The position numbers were made by a program, and so were the translations under genes. DNA of 64,000 bases from assembly GCF_009914755.1 (NCBI RefSeq), contig NC_060928.1, one strand, 5' to 3'. Source of the DNA: the human T2T-CHM13v2.0 reference genome, Homo sapiens. Below the pieces are notes generated by a model that was not told the origin of the DNA, did not search any database, and saw only the letters and a program-made list of their open reading frames with translations. Shown in pieces: positions 1-12,835 of this stretch (positions within the stretch are counted from its first letter, which is position 1; each line of letters opens with the position of its first letter).

Positions 1-671
1 AGAAAATTATTGTCTGACAGTTCTAGTGGCTACAAGTCGAAAATCAAGGTGTCAGCAAGGTTGGTTTCTTCTGACGGCTACTCTCCTTGCTTCTAGTAGG
101 CTCAGGTATTCCTTTGCTTGTAGCCGGCATTCTCCCTGTGTGTTCACAATGTCTTCTCTCTCTGTTTGCCTGTCTGTGTGTAGAATTCCCTTTTTATAAG
201 GACATCAGTCATATTGGGATTAGGCCTACCCTAATGACCTCATTTTAATATGACCATTGTTTTTTGAGACAGGGTCTCACTCTGTTGCCCAGGCTGAAGC
301 ACAGTGGCACAATCTTGGCTCACTGCAAACTCCACCTCCCAGGTTCAAGCCATTCTTGTGCCTCAGCCTCCCGAGTAGCTGTGATTACAGGCAAGCACCA
401 CCATGCCCGGCTAGTTTTTGTATTTTTAGTAGAGGTGGGGTTTTGCCACGTTGGCCAAGCTGGTCTCCAACTCCTGACGTCAGGTGATCTGCCTCCTCAG
501 CCTCCCAAAGTGCTGGGGTTATGGGCATGGGCCGCCATGCCCAGCCGGTTGCTTAGTATTTCATTGTGTCTCTGTACCACATTTTGTGAATATGAGACCC
601 GATCTCACATTCACAGGTACTAGGGGGTAGGACTTCAGCATCTTCTTGCAGGATGCAATCCTACCTGTAAC
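1..671 (-). mobile_element. MaLR LTR, MLT1B/MLT1C-like, split by an Alu and truncated by the window start
   Basis: Reverse-complement MLT1 motifs: 'aaaatcaaggtgtcagcaaggttggtttcttctga' and 'tttttataaggacatcagtcatattgggattagg'. Sequence resumes after the Alu and ends 'cttcagcatc...cctgtaaca'. Confidence 0.75.
257..547 (-). mobile_element. Alu (old AluS/AluJb-like)
   Basis: 'tttttgagacagggtctcactctgttgcccaggc...ttttgtatttttagtagag...cctcccaaagtgctggg...catgcccagcc'. Confidence 0.95.
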
Positions 672-684
672 AGAGAATGTATTA

Positions 685-1040
685 AAGAATTTTGCACTGA
701 ACAACTGAAAGGATGGAGTTGCTGTCAACTGAGATGTGGAAGGCTGTGAGTGTTCACAGGTTTGGATATAGTCCATTTGAGATATTTATTAGAAACCAAG
801 TGGGAATGTCAAGTAGGCAATTATACAGACACAAATTAATGTTCAGGAGACAGATCAGATCTGAGCTAAAGATATGAATTTGGGAGTTGTCCGGATAGAA
901 ATGAATAGTATTTAAATTCACGACCTGGAGAAGATGGAGCTACAAACCAAGCCCTTTGATACTCCAGAGTTAAATCAGGGGAGAAAAGAAGGAACCGACA
1001 AATGTGATTCAGAGTGACGGAAAGAATAAGAGAAAACTCA
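685..1040 (-). mobile_element. L2 fragment
   Basis: Typical antisense L2 text: 'aactgaaaggatggagttgctgtcaactgagatg', 'gaatgtcaagtaggcaatt', 'gatatgaatttgggagttgtc'. Confidence 0.7.
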
Positions 1041-1182
1041 AGGGAGATATAATTTGCCACTATTGAGAGCTGAGTAGAGAACAGGCCCTGTGCTATGTGA
1101 CATACACATCATCTCTAATTCCAGCAACACTGCAAAGAGAATGCGCCCCTCCTTTGCTTAGTTGAGCCAGCTCGAGCTAAGA

Positions 1183-1440
1183 GACAGCGTGGCGTTGTAC
1201 TTAGCAGCATGAGCTGGACCGCCCAGCTTCAAATCCCCATTTTGCCTCCTCCCTAGCTCTGAAATATCATGCAAAGTACTTTGCCTCTCTGTGTTTTGGT
1301 TTCCTCAACTGTGAAATACAATAGTACCTACCCCCATAGGATCGTTAAAAGGATTAGATGAATTAAAACTCTTCTTAAAAAGAACCACCGTTAAAGTTTC
1401 TTGAACAGAACACAGCGCACAGCAAACGCTACATTATTGC
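1183..1440 (+). mobile_element. MIR, near full length
   Basis: tRNA-derived head 'cagcgtggcgttgtacttagcagcatgagct', 'ttcaaatcccc' and core 'gcctctctgtgttttggtttcctcaactgtgaaat'. Confidence 0.75.
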
Positions 1441-1939
1441 CTGTTACATAAGTAAATGTATGTAAATTAAGTAAGTTAAAAGTCTCACAGCTCCTAAGAA
1501 GCAGAAATAGGATTTGAACCTAGGATTTTCTGCATTTGAAGCCCATCCTGTTTCTAGTGTATCACGGTGAATGTGACTCTTTCCTTAGCATTAGCATAGA
1601 TTAATTAATCTAATTAGGGGAATGGATCATTTGGAAAAATGAAGAGACAGTTCTGGAAGGCTGCATTAAGGATGTTTTACTAAATAAGAAATGAAGTTTT
1701 GAGAGGACAAGTTGTCATATAAATGTGAAAGCAATAAAAGAGAGAGAGAACCACAAGAGAGGCCTAGACCCCTGGGTCTAAGATAGGGGAAGACTCACCT
1801 TTTGAGGGCCTCTTCTTCACAAAATCAGGGCACCTGGGGTGGGTATTTTAGGGGGAACTAAGAAGATAAAGGACTTTGCTTCCCTCTTGTCTTACCTGGG
1901 ACCAATCTTTTTCCTGTGGATGCTCACCATCAGGGGTGA

Positions 1940-2230
1940 GGTGACCATGAAGATCTGTTTAAAGTCTGTGCTGAAAGAAGTAATCAGAGAGAATCAGAAT
2001 AGGATAACGTTCACAAGCTCTTGGTTGAAGAGGACTGAAAGTAAGAACAATCAGTATCAAAGACGATAGCAAAGTCAAGGAGAGTGACTGAGAGAGAGGC
2101 CTTTCATGTTGATTATGAAGAGGCCAAGTCATTCCAAGTAAAGTTGCAGTAAAGCAAAGAGAATAAAATAGTTTTAACAGATCTGCAAGCCAGGGTGACA
2201 GAAGATGAAGTCTGGAAGAATAATCATGGA
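1940..2230 (-). mobile_element. Degenerate L2 fragment
   Basis: Purine-rich L2-like text 'gagagaatcagaatagg...aaagtcaaggagagtgactgagagagaggcc'. Confidence 0.45.
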
Positions 2231-2294
2231 AAGTGGAAGTGGCCAGAATGAATCATTTTAAAGTAGCTGAAAGAGAAATTAAACCAATGAAAAC

Positions 2295-2872
<578 letters not shown>

Positions 2873-3222
2873 CTATATGGGAAGTTCAGGTGGGAATTGA
2901 GCAACAAAAGGCCATCTCACTATCTGAAACTTAGGAACGTATGAAATAAAGGGCCAGAAATAGGCAAGGGAAGTATGAATTGTGGTCTCTTGTTCTGCTT
3001 AAAAGAATATAAGAAGACCTTTGAGGAGAGCCACAATGGGTAATGGGTTACAAAATTTAATCTTTGAGATTAGGGACACTTTGAAGTTTATGGATTGCTT
3101 AAGTGAAAAAAAAAAAAAGATAGTTATCTGTAAAAGGAGAAATATTCCAAATATTTGTTTTTCCTAAACTTAACTATTCTACATTTTTGTTGAAGAAGCA
3201 AAATATATGCTACATTAAGCCT

Positions 3223-3225
<3 letters not shown>

Positions 3226-3272
<47 letters not shown>
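3226..3272. repeat. (AT)n microsatellite, ~23 units
   Basis: Seen directly. Confidence 0.97.
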
Positions 3273-3275
<3 letters not shown>

Positions 3276-3819
3276 CATCTTTGGTTGACTACCATGGTAT
3301 GGACTAGGGAATTCAGCTTGAAATTTATGGCACTTATATAGAGTTTTTTTTCTTCGTATTTCTTATGTTTGTATTGCAGTAATGAAGAAATATGGAAGCC
3401 GTCTGGTGGCCAAATAGTATCTGTAAATTCCCATGGATAAAGCCTCCCGTTTATATTTCAAAGTTATTAAGTTCAAGTCCTGTTATAGCTCTACTTTTAT
3501 TGGTTTTTCCCCCATCAAGGCAATTATTGATTGATTAATTCTTATTGGCTTTCTAAAGTAGAAAAAAATTATGGCTGAAATAAAATACTTCATACAGAGC
3601 AAAAAGTAAGGTATATATAAAGTGAAAGTCTGAGCGGAGAGGTGAAACCTTGATTCCAGCTACCCAGGTCTCTTGTGCACGGGTGCTCTGCCACAGGGAG
3701 AACACTTGGCTTGGCGTGGGTTCAGGAGGGACCAGAGTTGCTTGTGTGGGGACCAGTGTTGTTTGTCAGGCTTTTGGCCATATGATGATGCTCAGCCCCT
3801 TGTCCAATGTAGTGTGCAA

Positions 3820-3940
3820 ACACCGTCACAACCTCATCTCACTCAGCCCTATAATCTGTGGAAACTGAGGCTCAGAGAAGTCGAGTGACTTGCTCAACGT
3901 CATACAGCTAGACATGACAACCCCAGATTCAAACTGAGGT
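3820..3940 (-). mobile_element. MIR core
   Basis: 'ggaaactgaggctcagagaagtcgagtgacttgctcaacgtcatacagctag...agattcaaac'. Confidence 0.8.
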
Positions 3941-5699
3941 GGTTTTCTTTCTTTCTCTACCTTTATGTTTTTAAGTTTGTTTGTTTGTTCGTTTTAGTTT
4001 TTGTTTTATTTCTGACCCAGGCCAAGTGGTAGGTGTAGCCAAGGCTCCGTGAGGATGGAAGGTCCACTAGTTATAACCTGTGAGTCACACTGGATCTCAA
4101 CTGGGCCTAGAAGCCCAGGCAGGTTGAAAGCCTCTTTTGGAAGAAGTTGCCTTGACTACAAACGGAAACTGAACCCACTTTGCCTGCAGGCCCCAGATCT
4201 GTCTTACCAGCTTCACCTCAAAAGCAGTAACTTATTTGGCTTGAAGGACCAGTTCTGACCTTTTCAAACAGTGGAGGAGGGGAATGCCAGTTCCCTAATG
4301 TCAGAGGCAATATTTTTATTCCACAGTGTGGGTAAGGTGATCTCTCAGACAGACAGTCTCCTCTGGGGTTCGCAAGCCTTCTGAGTGCAAAGGTTATCTT
4401 CCTGGTAACTCATCTCTCCCACATTGTAGACTTCCTCCTCCAGGGTCCCATATCACCGGGGAAGTTGTGGTCTGGAAGGGGAGTCCAGGCAAGGGCTGGA
4501 ACAAAATTACAAATATAAAATAAATTTCATAGCCAAACATGCTTCATTAAAATGTCTAAATTGAACTATATAAATCTGCTTTTGGGGGAAGGTCAAAAAT
4601 GGCTGAATTACAGCAATTCCATATATTCAACCTAATACATGTACCACAATCACAATCAGAATGCTTATTGAAGGGTGATATTGGACCAATCAACTTACTC
4701 ACATTGCCTTGTAATCTTCTTTTCTATTTTTAGTCTCACCCTGTAAGTTTTCTTAAGTTTTGTAATCTTAAAACTCACAGCTCTTTTTCCATGTATCTAA
4801 TTTCTAATTTTCAAATGTAAAATATCAATTAGTCATTTAACAATAACTAGAATACAAATGAAAATGATTACATCGAATTAGATCTGGTAATTCCTTTACT
4901 GTTATTTAAGACAACATTTGGTTTTGCTTCTCATCTTTTGCAAAATTCTGAAACTTACGCCTATTTTTTCTTTTTTTTTATGTTTAAAAATTGGTTTACT
5001 GTAATGAATTAAATGTCCTGAAGAGAAATCTAATGGACTAAGCATTAGATGATATTTCAAGAAACACAGAACCACAAGGTAAAAATGGATGGAAATGGTA
5101 TATATTTTACTGTGTTAATATGTCTAGTCATGGGCAAGAGGCGGTCCAGGACTCCAACACCCCCATGCGTGCCACATTAATTGTCACCTTTATTCCTCTC
5201 CTCCTCCTGTGGTTCCCAACACTTTTAATGTTCTCTTCCCTCTCCTCTGCCTGTCCAATTCTTACCCATCGAGTCCCAAATCTTTTCATGAACTATTCTT
5301 TTATTTCTACAGCTGACGGGCTGTCTCGTCTTCCTCAAAGTCTCTACCTACAATTTACTCCCAATTTCTTCATTAGGTTAACTAACGAATTTTTGCATGT
5401 TAATGGTTCCAATCTAATCCATGCATATTTTGACTCTCTTACGGGCTTTGGGGCTCCTCAAGTCCTGTTAGGTTCAGAGGAGGGACTTGAAGACTTATAG
5501 AATGAATAACTATTTTTTAAATGTAACAGGTATACTAGCTGTACTTTAAAAATGTATATAAGACAAATCACCATAAATATTCAAATCTATTGAAACTAAA
5601 ACAGAGGTATTAAAAACAAGAGATTATAAGTAGATTACATTAATATTATATGAGGTTTTCTAAATTCTACATAGAGAAACAAGTTTTCATCAAAACAGA

Positions 5700-6400
5700 G
5701 AGAAAGAGAAAGTATTACATCACTTTCATTTAGTCAGGTAGAAGCTGGAAGGGGTTGGACTTTGGTGGGATTTGGGGAAAACTGATAAGCAAAATAAGAA
5801 TTTATCATCTAGGCATGAAAAAGGAGTAGATAAAGATAGTCCCAAGTGACAATGAATACGAAAAGTGGAAAAAGTCACAAGAGACTATAACAAGGATAGG
5901 CTTTAGGAGGAAAGTAAAGGTTTAGTATTATTATAATGACGGTTACTACTCCAGGCTTCTGACAAGACAATCTGTGGCCAGAGAAGATAAGATGTGATGA
6001 GTTGATCCACAAGTTGGCCCCGTCATTAGGTAGTGAAGTGGTGATCAGACTCCTATTTAAGATAACCCATAGCCTGGAATCAAATTTGAGGTGGTATACG
6101 TGGGAAGTGAATGTTTGCCTGGGGAGTGAATCACACCACACAAGACCTTGAACCTGAGAGAGATCAATAAATCCCTGTGGTATAGAGACCAGGAGGGAGC
6201 AAAGCTGGGGTCCATAATAAATATCAGTGGGAGTAGAAGAGAAAACAATGTGAAAGAAAGACGACGGCTATCAGAGAAGTAATAGCAAAAGCAGTAAGAG
6301 ATGATTTCAGAGGAAGGAATTTCAGCGGCGCGATTAAGCAGAATGAAATCAACTGAGCCAAAATGACAAAAAGACCACGTTGAACAAGAACAGCTACCAT
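5700..6400 (-). mobile_element. Highly diverged L2 fragment
   Basis: Purine-rich L2-like blocks such as 'ggcttctgacaagacaatctg' and 'ggctatcagagaagtaatagcaaaagcag'. Confidence 0.4.
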
Positions 6401-7043
6401 GATGTTTTGCAGAGAAAGGGGTCAGTGAAAACCTTTCCAAAAAATAAAACTTGTCTTCAATAGGAAAAAAGAAAACAATTCAGAGCCTTAGTATGTATGC
6501 CTTTGGGAGGCGGATGTACAGTATTGAAAATGAAGGTAACTTTATTTTAAAGAATTTTAAAGAATACCTCCTTTCACAAAGAATGATTAGACACAAGCTA
6601 CTTCCATTCAGTCAGATGCTCTCCCTGAGAGTAACTTAGGCACTTCTGGAGCTACATTAATCTTTTTCAGTCCCTGGAGCACCATTAAGTACAGGCAGCA
6701 GTAATTTACTAAATTGCATACTCGAAGCCTGAAAGAGTTAATGCGGCTCCAAAAGTGCCTAACATTTACCCAGGGAGTAATTTACACACTGGAAGCATCT
6801 GGCTGAATATGGATTCAATTGTTTACTGTACTGTGGGTTTCACAGAAAGGAGGTCACATGCTTTCTCTTATTGAAAAGTTCTGGGGAACAATTTCTTTCA
6901 TTTAAAAAATATGCACCAACTGCCACACTTTCATCCAGTATTCTGTTTTTATAATGCTCAAAAGAAAAGTTGTTACCAGAAATAAACTTAGAGTCTTTGA
7001 TTTACCAAAGAAAACTATTTTATTTTACTTTTGGCTTTGTTAC

Positions 7044-7196
7044 CTGAAGGTTGGGGGTCGATAGGGTTGAGGTGATACCAAGAAACTAGCAGATTTGTTA
7101 ACAGTCTTTATTTCCTCCCTGGAAGAAGCCATTCCGTAGATTTGTACAAATGTTTGTATTTTACCTCTCTGCGTGCCAGAATACTTGAATGCAATA
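7044..7196 (-). other. Candidate 153-nt internal exon of an unidentified transcript
   Basis: Minus-strand acceptor 'cttcctattcttcttttctttattaaacag|' and donor 'CAG|gtaac'. Length is divisible by 3 and one frame is open. Product not recognised. Confidence 0.4.
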
Positions 7197-8905
7197 CTGT
7201 TTAATAAAGAAAAGAAGAATAGGAAGACATTCACAAGTGAATCAATTCCAAGTTATTCTTAGCCAGAATGCAGCAGTACGTGTGTTCAGGACCGCTCAAG
7301 TGTCAACAGAAGCACCTGCGTAGGTATTAATTTCTTTAAAATTCCTTCTGCATGTTACATGCCCAGCACCACAGACAGTATATTAGAGAGAAGGAGCTCT
7401 CACGTGAAAAATCTTGTGACCTAAGGGAAGGGATACCAGCAAACAAGCGAGAACACATAGAATTCCAGACTTTGTGGATACACTTTCTAGATAGCTTTAA
7501 ACTGCCAAGATAATGACACCCTTTCTCAGGATGACTGAAATACAAGGCTTAGTATATAATTGCTTACACCTCTCAAGTGGTTATATTCACAATCAACATC
7601 TTCTGTCTCAGCAACAGAAACATGTGATCATGTTTGTTAATATTTTATTCATTTGCTTAGAAACCCTAGGCTTGCTAAGTCTTACAGTTTCTTAGTAATT
7701 TAGGTCAAAGTTCATTTTACTTTTTCAAAAGGTTTATTAAGTATAATTACCAATACAAGCAGAAATGATTTTTAAATGATTTTCTGTTATGCATCAACCA
7801 TATTTCCGATGCAATCTACTTCCATTTATTAGAATATATGCACTGGGACCGATTTTTTTTCAGACAAAATAATGTTTATTCTTTACATCTACTTGGGAAA
7901 AAAGCCATACAGAAAAGTAGAACACAGATGAATTCAGTTTTAGTATACTGAACTCGTCTCAAAAATCCCAAATCTTTGTACTCTATATCTGTGCAATAAA
8001 ATAATGCAGTGTTTTAAAAACCTGATCGGATGCCTCCTTGATCTCTACTTTTTGAAAAGAGAAGTAATTTTTTCACTCTGATGATCCTAGTCTATATGAG
8101 TATCAGTTTTGGCATGGATTTTAAGTGCAATTCTGCCCTCTTAGTGATGGAATAATGCTCCCCATTGCTGTACTCATTCTTCTACCCCCACTTCCCTTTC
8201 TGTCCCCTTTTTTGTCTGTGGGACTCCTAAAGCTTCCTGGAGTCTCTTTAATCCTCCTCGGTTCTTTGCATTTTCCTCTGATCTCAGAACAGTCATGCAG
8301 CACCTCTTCCTTCTTGACAGGCCTTGGGCCACCATCCTCTCCCTTTGACTCATCCCATTGCTAACATGTTGTATTTAATACAAATACAAATAAATAAATG
8401 TATGCACCAAAATTATTGGAGCATATATTGTATCTGCATGTCTTTTTAACCATGAAATCCAAAGCAATTTACAGAAAATGTATGCCTATGACAGCGCTGT
8501 AAAATAAGTAAGTGCAAAAATAGTACTATTTTCTATTTTATGGATTGTTTAAAATTTCCGGGAAGAAAGAAAAAGCGACTTCCTTTTTTCCTCTCTAGAA
8601 TTCTTGTGAGTTGTTCTAGCCTGCTTTGAATCATGCATTCAGTATTATTTACTCACATTGTGTGTGTATATGTGTTTCATTGTGTGTTTGAAAAAAAAAG
8701 CCTTTTGCAAAGGATTATAAACCTTATATTATTTGCCTAAAGCCAACAGGGGCAGAGTAGCATGTTCCAAAGCAAAGTAATCTCTAGTAAATTATAGAGT
8801 AACAATATTTGGAATTACTGTGACATTAATGCACTAAGCCATAAATTTTAAAAGAAATACCAAAATCTCATCGGCTTTTTATGGCTTGCTTTTTGTCTAA
8901 AAGAG

Positions 8906-8907
<2 letters not shown>

Positions 8908-8942
<35 letters not shown>
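8908..8942. repeat. (GT)17 microsatellite
   Basis: Seen directly. Confidence 0.97.
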
Positions 8943-8943
<1 letters not shown>

Positions 8944-9715
8944 CTTTGAAATAAATGCATTTGACTACTAATGTGTACACTGCTGTATGAAAATAAAAAA
9001 CAATTCACTAGAGAAGTAGGGAAAAGTCTTTTAAACCAAAGAACAGAGAAATCAAATTATACTGGGAAAGAATGATCATTATACAATTGCTGCACTGGCC
9101 AATAGTGACGGCTGCTAATGGGAAGACATCAGATACAATCTTTAAGAAAAGAAAAATGGGCAATGCTCATTCAGTCTTATGTGTCCTGACTCTTCACCTG
9201 AATTGTAGCTCATCTCTTTCAGAGGGATGCATACATAAAGTATGTATTTTGCTGCTTCGAAAAATTTCATGAGAAAAAGAATGTATATAATTGCATCATT
9301 TTCCATGGTAATACTCATAAAAGAAAAAAAAAACACATTTTAAAATTCCATTTCCCCAGAACATCACATGGCCCCTAAAAACATCCCCAGGCTTTATTGT
9401 AGCAAATCAGCTAAGGTTCCCATAGAGAAAAAAAAAAAATAGACTAATGTAGAAATCTCAGGACACATATTTTTTATCTGCAAGAAGCTGAGACTGCTTT
9501 ACTGATATCAGGTCATTAATTATCACTAGGTAAAATAATCCTCATCTCTAAAATAGGCAGAGATTATTCTCTTGGTTTTGTGAATGAGGGGAATAGATCA
9601 GAGTTTAAAAGTCTCATGAAAAACCACAGAGCCAGCAGAGAATCTGATGATATACTAAGTGCTGAATCTGTGCACTGCCCACCATTGTTTTAATTTCTGC
9701 ATTAGCTGAGCAATG

Positions 9716-9810
9716 GGAGTAAACCTCACTTTGGATAATAGATGTGTCCCCATAAATGTTAGCAAATCGAATTTTTGTCAAGCAAATTGTATTTTAAATA
9801 AACAATGAGC
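9716..9810. mobile_element. Possible end of an ancient Tigger-type DNA transposon
   Basis: 'agtaaacctcactttggataatagatgtgtccc...aaatcgaatttttgtcaagcaaattgtattttaaat' resembles old Tigger/MamRep termini, from memory. Confidence 0.3.
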
Positions 9811-10079
9811 AATTCAAAGCAACAAAATGTGGGGTTTTTTCCCTAACATAAACAATCCCTGTATAATGTGAATAGCACTCCATCATGTATCTGTTTTACA
9901 AGTTTTGAATATGATTTAGTGGTTGTTTTTAAAGCAAGTGTAGCCTATAATTCAGTACTTTTGTCACGGCACTTCTAGTTAAGGTTTCTTTTCTCTTTCT
10001 TCACCTACCTCTAGTTACCTGCACCCTTTTTCCCCTCTTTCATACATTTTTATATGCCTCAATCCAGAACTGTTCTGGC

Positions 10080-11285
10080 ACTGTCCAAATATTTGACAAG
10101 ACCCACTTGCCAAAGTCGAAATCCACAGATTGAATGGGCTACAAATTCACAGCATCCTATTAGGGCTCTAGTTGGCTGAACGACCAAGGGTTTCCGTTTC
10201 TATTAACTGCCTAAAGCATTCTTCAGGATGGCTCTGCCCACATCTTCCCTTTCACCTAATCTCTACCAGCCTCTTATTTCAACTTCCTATCGCACTGACA
10301 AGATAAAACCAGCAGATTTCCCTCACGTTTCTTCTTCTGCACAAATACTCATTTCCATTCATTTCTCCTCCTTCCTTTTTCTCTTGAAGATCAGTGTTCT
10401 CCCTGTTCTCAGGGGTCACCTTTTCTGTGTGTGTTCCTGATGCCACCCCATTCAGCATTTCCCACCATTTCACCTCTTCTAGATCCCATTTCTCCAGCAT
10501 GTTCAGTCTCTTCCAAGTGTTCTGGCTCTGCTCTGTTACTGCTAACATTTTCAGGAGCTCTTCTGTTCCCAATCCCAACCTTTAGTGTTTCCGCATGATA
10601 ATTAAGAACATCCTCATATCCAAGTCTGGTGGGGGTTTGCCCTTGGTATCAGTCTCCATGACTCCCCCTTCAATATTTTCTAAACTTCCACTGCTCATAC
10701 CTATAGCGTTGTGGGATGTTGGTTCTCATCTGGCTCCAAGCACGTCCTCTTCCCACTCTTCTTAACAGCCCACTCTCACTCCCCCTGTCATCTATGTGTA
10801 AAGGTTCCAGTTCTTGGTCGAATTCTCTTCTCCCTCAGTATGCTTTCTTAGAGATCATATCCAGAACTACAAAATCCTCAGAGGATTAAGAGTGAACATA
10901 GGAAATTATATGCAGCCATTAAATGATGACATAGATATACATCTATAGGCACAAAAAGGTGTTTATTTGCATAATATTTAGTGGGGAAATTGAGAAAAAA
11001 TGCTATAAAGAAATTCTCCAAACTATGAACAGTACTTCTGGAGCAATGATGGGAGAATGGGTGTGTTTTATTTTCTTCCAAAGTTTCCACAATGCCCATG
11101 ACTCCTGAATCAGTATCTCCAATTCTAATATATCTTCCTTGAAGTAAGTCTCAACAGAATTTCAAAACCAACCCGTCCCAAAACAAAACTGACCAAACTG
11201 TGACCTGAACCTGGTTCCCTTCAAGTGTTTCCTGTTTTATCCCTGATCCCAGTCTATTCTTCTGGCCATTTCTTCATCTATCCTC
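10080..11285 (+). mobile_element. L2 fragment interrupted by an L1M relic
   Basis: Pyrimidine-rich L2 text ('gaattctcttctccctcagtatgctttcttagagatcatatcc') that resumes as 'atgactcctgaatcagtatctcc...cccaaaacaaaactga'. Confidence 0.55.
10895..11090 (+). mobile_element. Old L1M (L1ME-like) 3' fragment
   Basis: 'ggaaattatatgcagccattaaatgatgacatagat...ataatatttagtggggaaa'. Confidence 0.5.
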
Positions 11286-11370
11286 TTACCCAAGGTCACA
11301 GAGTTTTTAAGTGGCAAAGCCAGAATTTGAATCTAGGCTGTCTGACTCCAAATGTCCTGCTCCTTCCATC
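11286..11370 (-). mobile_element. MIR fragment
   Basis: 'ttacccaaggtcacagag...agtggcaaagccagaatttgaatctaggctgtctgactccaaa'. Confidence 0.8.
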
Positions 11371-12651
11371 ATCCCAAGCCCCTGGCAATCAGGAAATATG
11401 AACAAAGCTTCCTTTGCAATTGTGTAAGGGAATCCGATAAGAAGAAAACCAACGGAGCCCCTGAGAGAGATAAAAGGCTGTTTCCCCTCTTCATCCTGCA
11501 CTACACCTGACTGCAGCGCTAAACAATCTTTTTCTCAGTTTGATACAGATTCAAAGGAATTGGGCTTCCCAGTTTCTCTGGATGACAATCCTTTTACACA
11601 GCCTTGACCATTATTCACTTGATCCATTTGGCCACAGGTTACAACTGAAACCTGAATCACTAGAAACCCACTCTCTCAATATGCGTAGAGTGTTGTCCTT
11701 CAGCTTGCCATTTAAAATGCAGAACTGCAGCAGAAATCACCTTTTGGTTTCGTTATTTTTCTAAATTTCTGTCAGACAACGGCATAAGGAAAATGTCATA
11801 GCTGAAGTACACATTTCTAGTTCCCTTTAGCTTCACAGTACTGAACAAAAAAATAGACTCAGTGCTGAACAAAAATTATATATACATATAGAGAGAGATA
11901 TCTTTTCTTTCTGGATGAGTGACAATATTCGAGCAAATGTAATAAGGGCAGAAGGAGGACATTGAGCTCACGGGGTAAGGCATTAACAAACAAACGTGGA
12001 AGGGACAGAGATGACATCGTTGGCACAAAGCAGAGAATGCTGAGCTGGAGGAAAGATGAAGGGGCAAGAGAGAAATGGAAACATGGGTAGGTTCGTAATT
12101 AAGTGGGGTAGGGGGTTAAATAAGGAAATGGATTTTTAAAAAATGAGAGTCGAAAGAAATTAAAACTCCCAGCCCAATTTCCAAAAGAAATAGGATCTGT
12201 CCCTCGCCTCTCGTCCTCATGCCCCTGATGTCTCTGCAGCCTTCCTATCTTATTTCATCTACCGCCTTCCTTCACTATCGTATCTTTTTACTTCTTGAAC
12301 TTCCTAATGTTCCCTAATTCCTTTCACTTGATTTTATTTTGCCTGTATCATATTTCCTGCTGTGCCATCATTATCATAGCCTAGTTCTCTCCACATATAA
12401 TATGTCATCTTAAATCCTTCCATTTTTAATCATCAACCTCTCGTAGCAACCCCTTACCTGTCACTTTTGCAGATCCTCCACTGACTTGTGGTTATTCGCC
12501 CATTTGGGGCTTTAATTCAGCAACAGCTCCTTAAACTTCCTCTGTCCTTGCCTACTGCCATCTACAAAAACCAGTGACCAAAAGCCAGGAACACAGCTGT
12601 TGTTTCTATTGTCACCACTCTTCTTGTGGAAGATGATGATGATGATGATAG

Positions 12652-12835
12652 CATAATAATATTACCTAATATTAGTTGAATGCAGACTAGGTACCAGGTA
12701 CTCTTCTAAGTATTTTACTTGAAATTATTCACTTAAATTTCACAGTCTCCTTCCAAAGTGGCATCATAATGAATCCCAGTTTATAAATGAAGGAACTGAG
12801 ATACAGGTATGTTAAGTAATTTGCCCAAGGTTACC
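12652..12835 (-). mobile_element. MIR, preceded by a (GAT)n tract
   Basis: 'ataataatattacctaatattagttgaatgc...cccagtttataaatgaaggaactgagatacagg...aagtaatttgcccaaggttac'. Confidence 0.8.

Noticed and set aside
257-623. Alu-derived ORFs here and at 2517, 19200, 44111, 48971 and 60198
   Set aside because: These are standard Alu translations (e.g. '[13 protein letters not shown]') with no coding evidence.
4480-5500. Possible degenerate hAT-Tip100 transposon ('GAAGAGAAATCTAATGGACTAAGCATT', reading EEKSNGLSI) and a 126-aa hydrophobic ORF at 5120
   Set aside because: The resemblance to the hAT dimerisation motif is too short to support without a Dfam search, and the ORF reflects T/C-rich composition.
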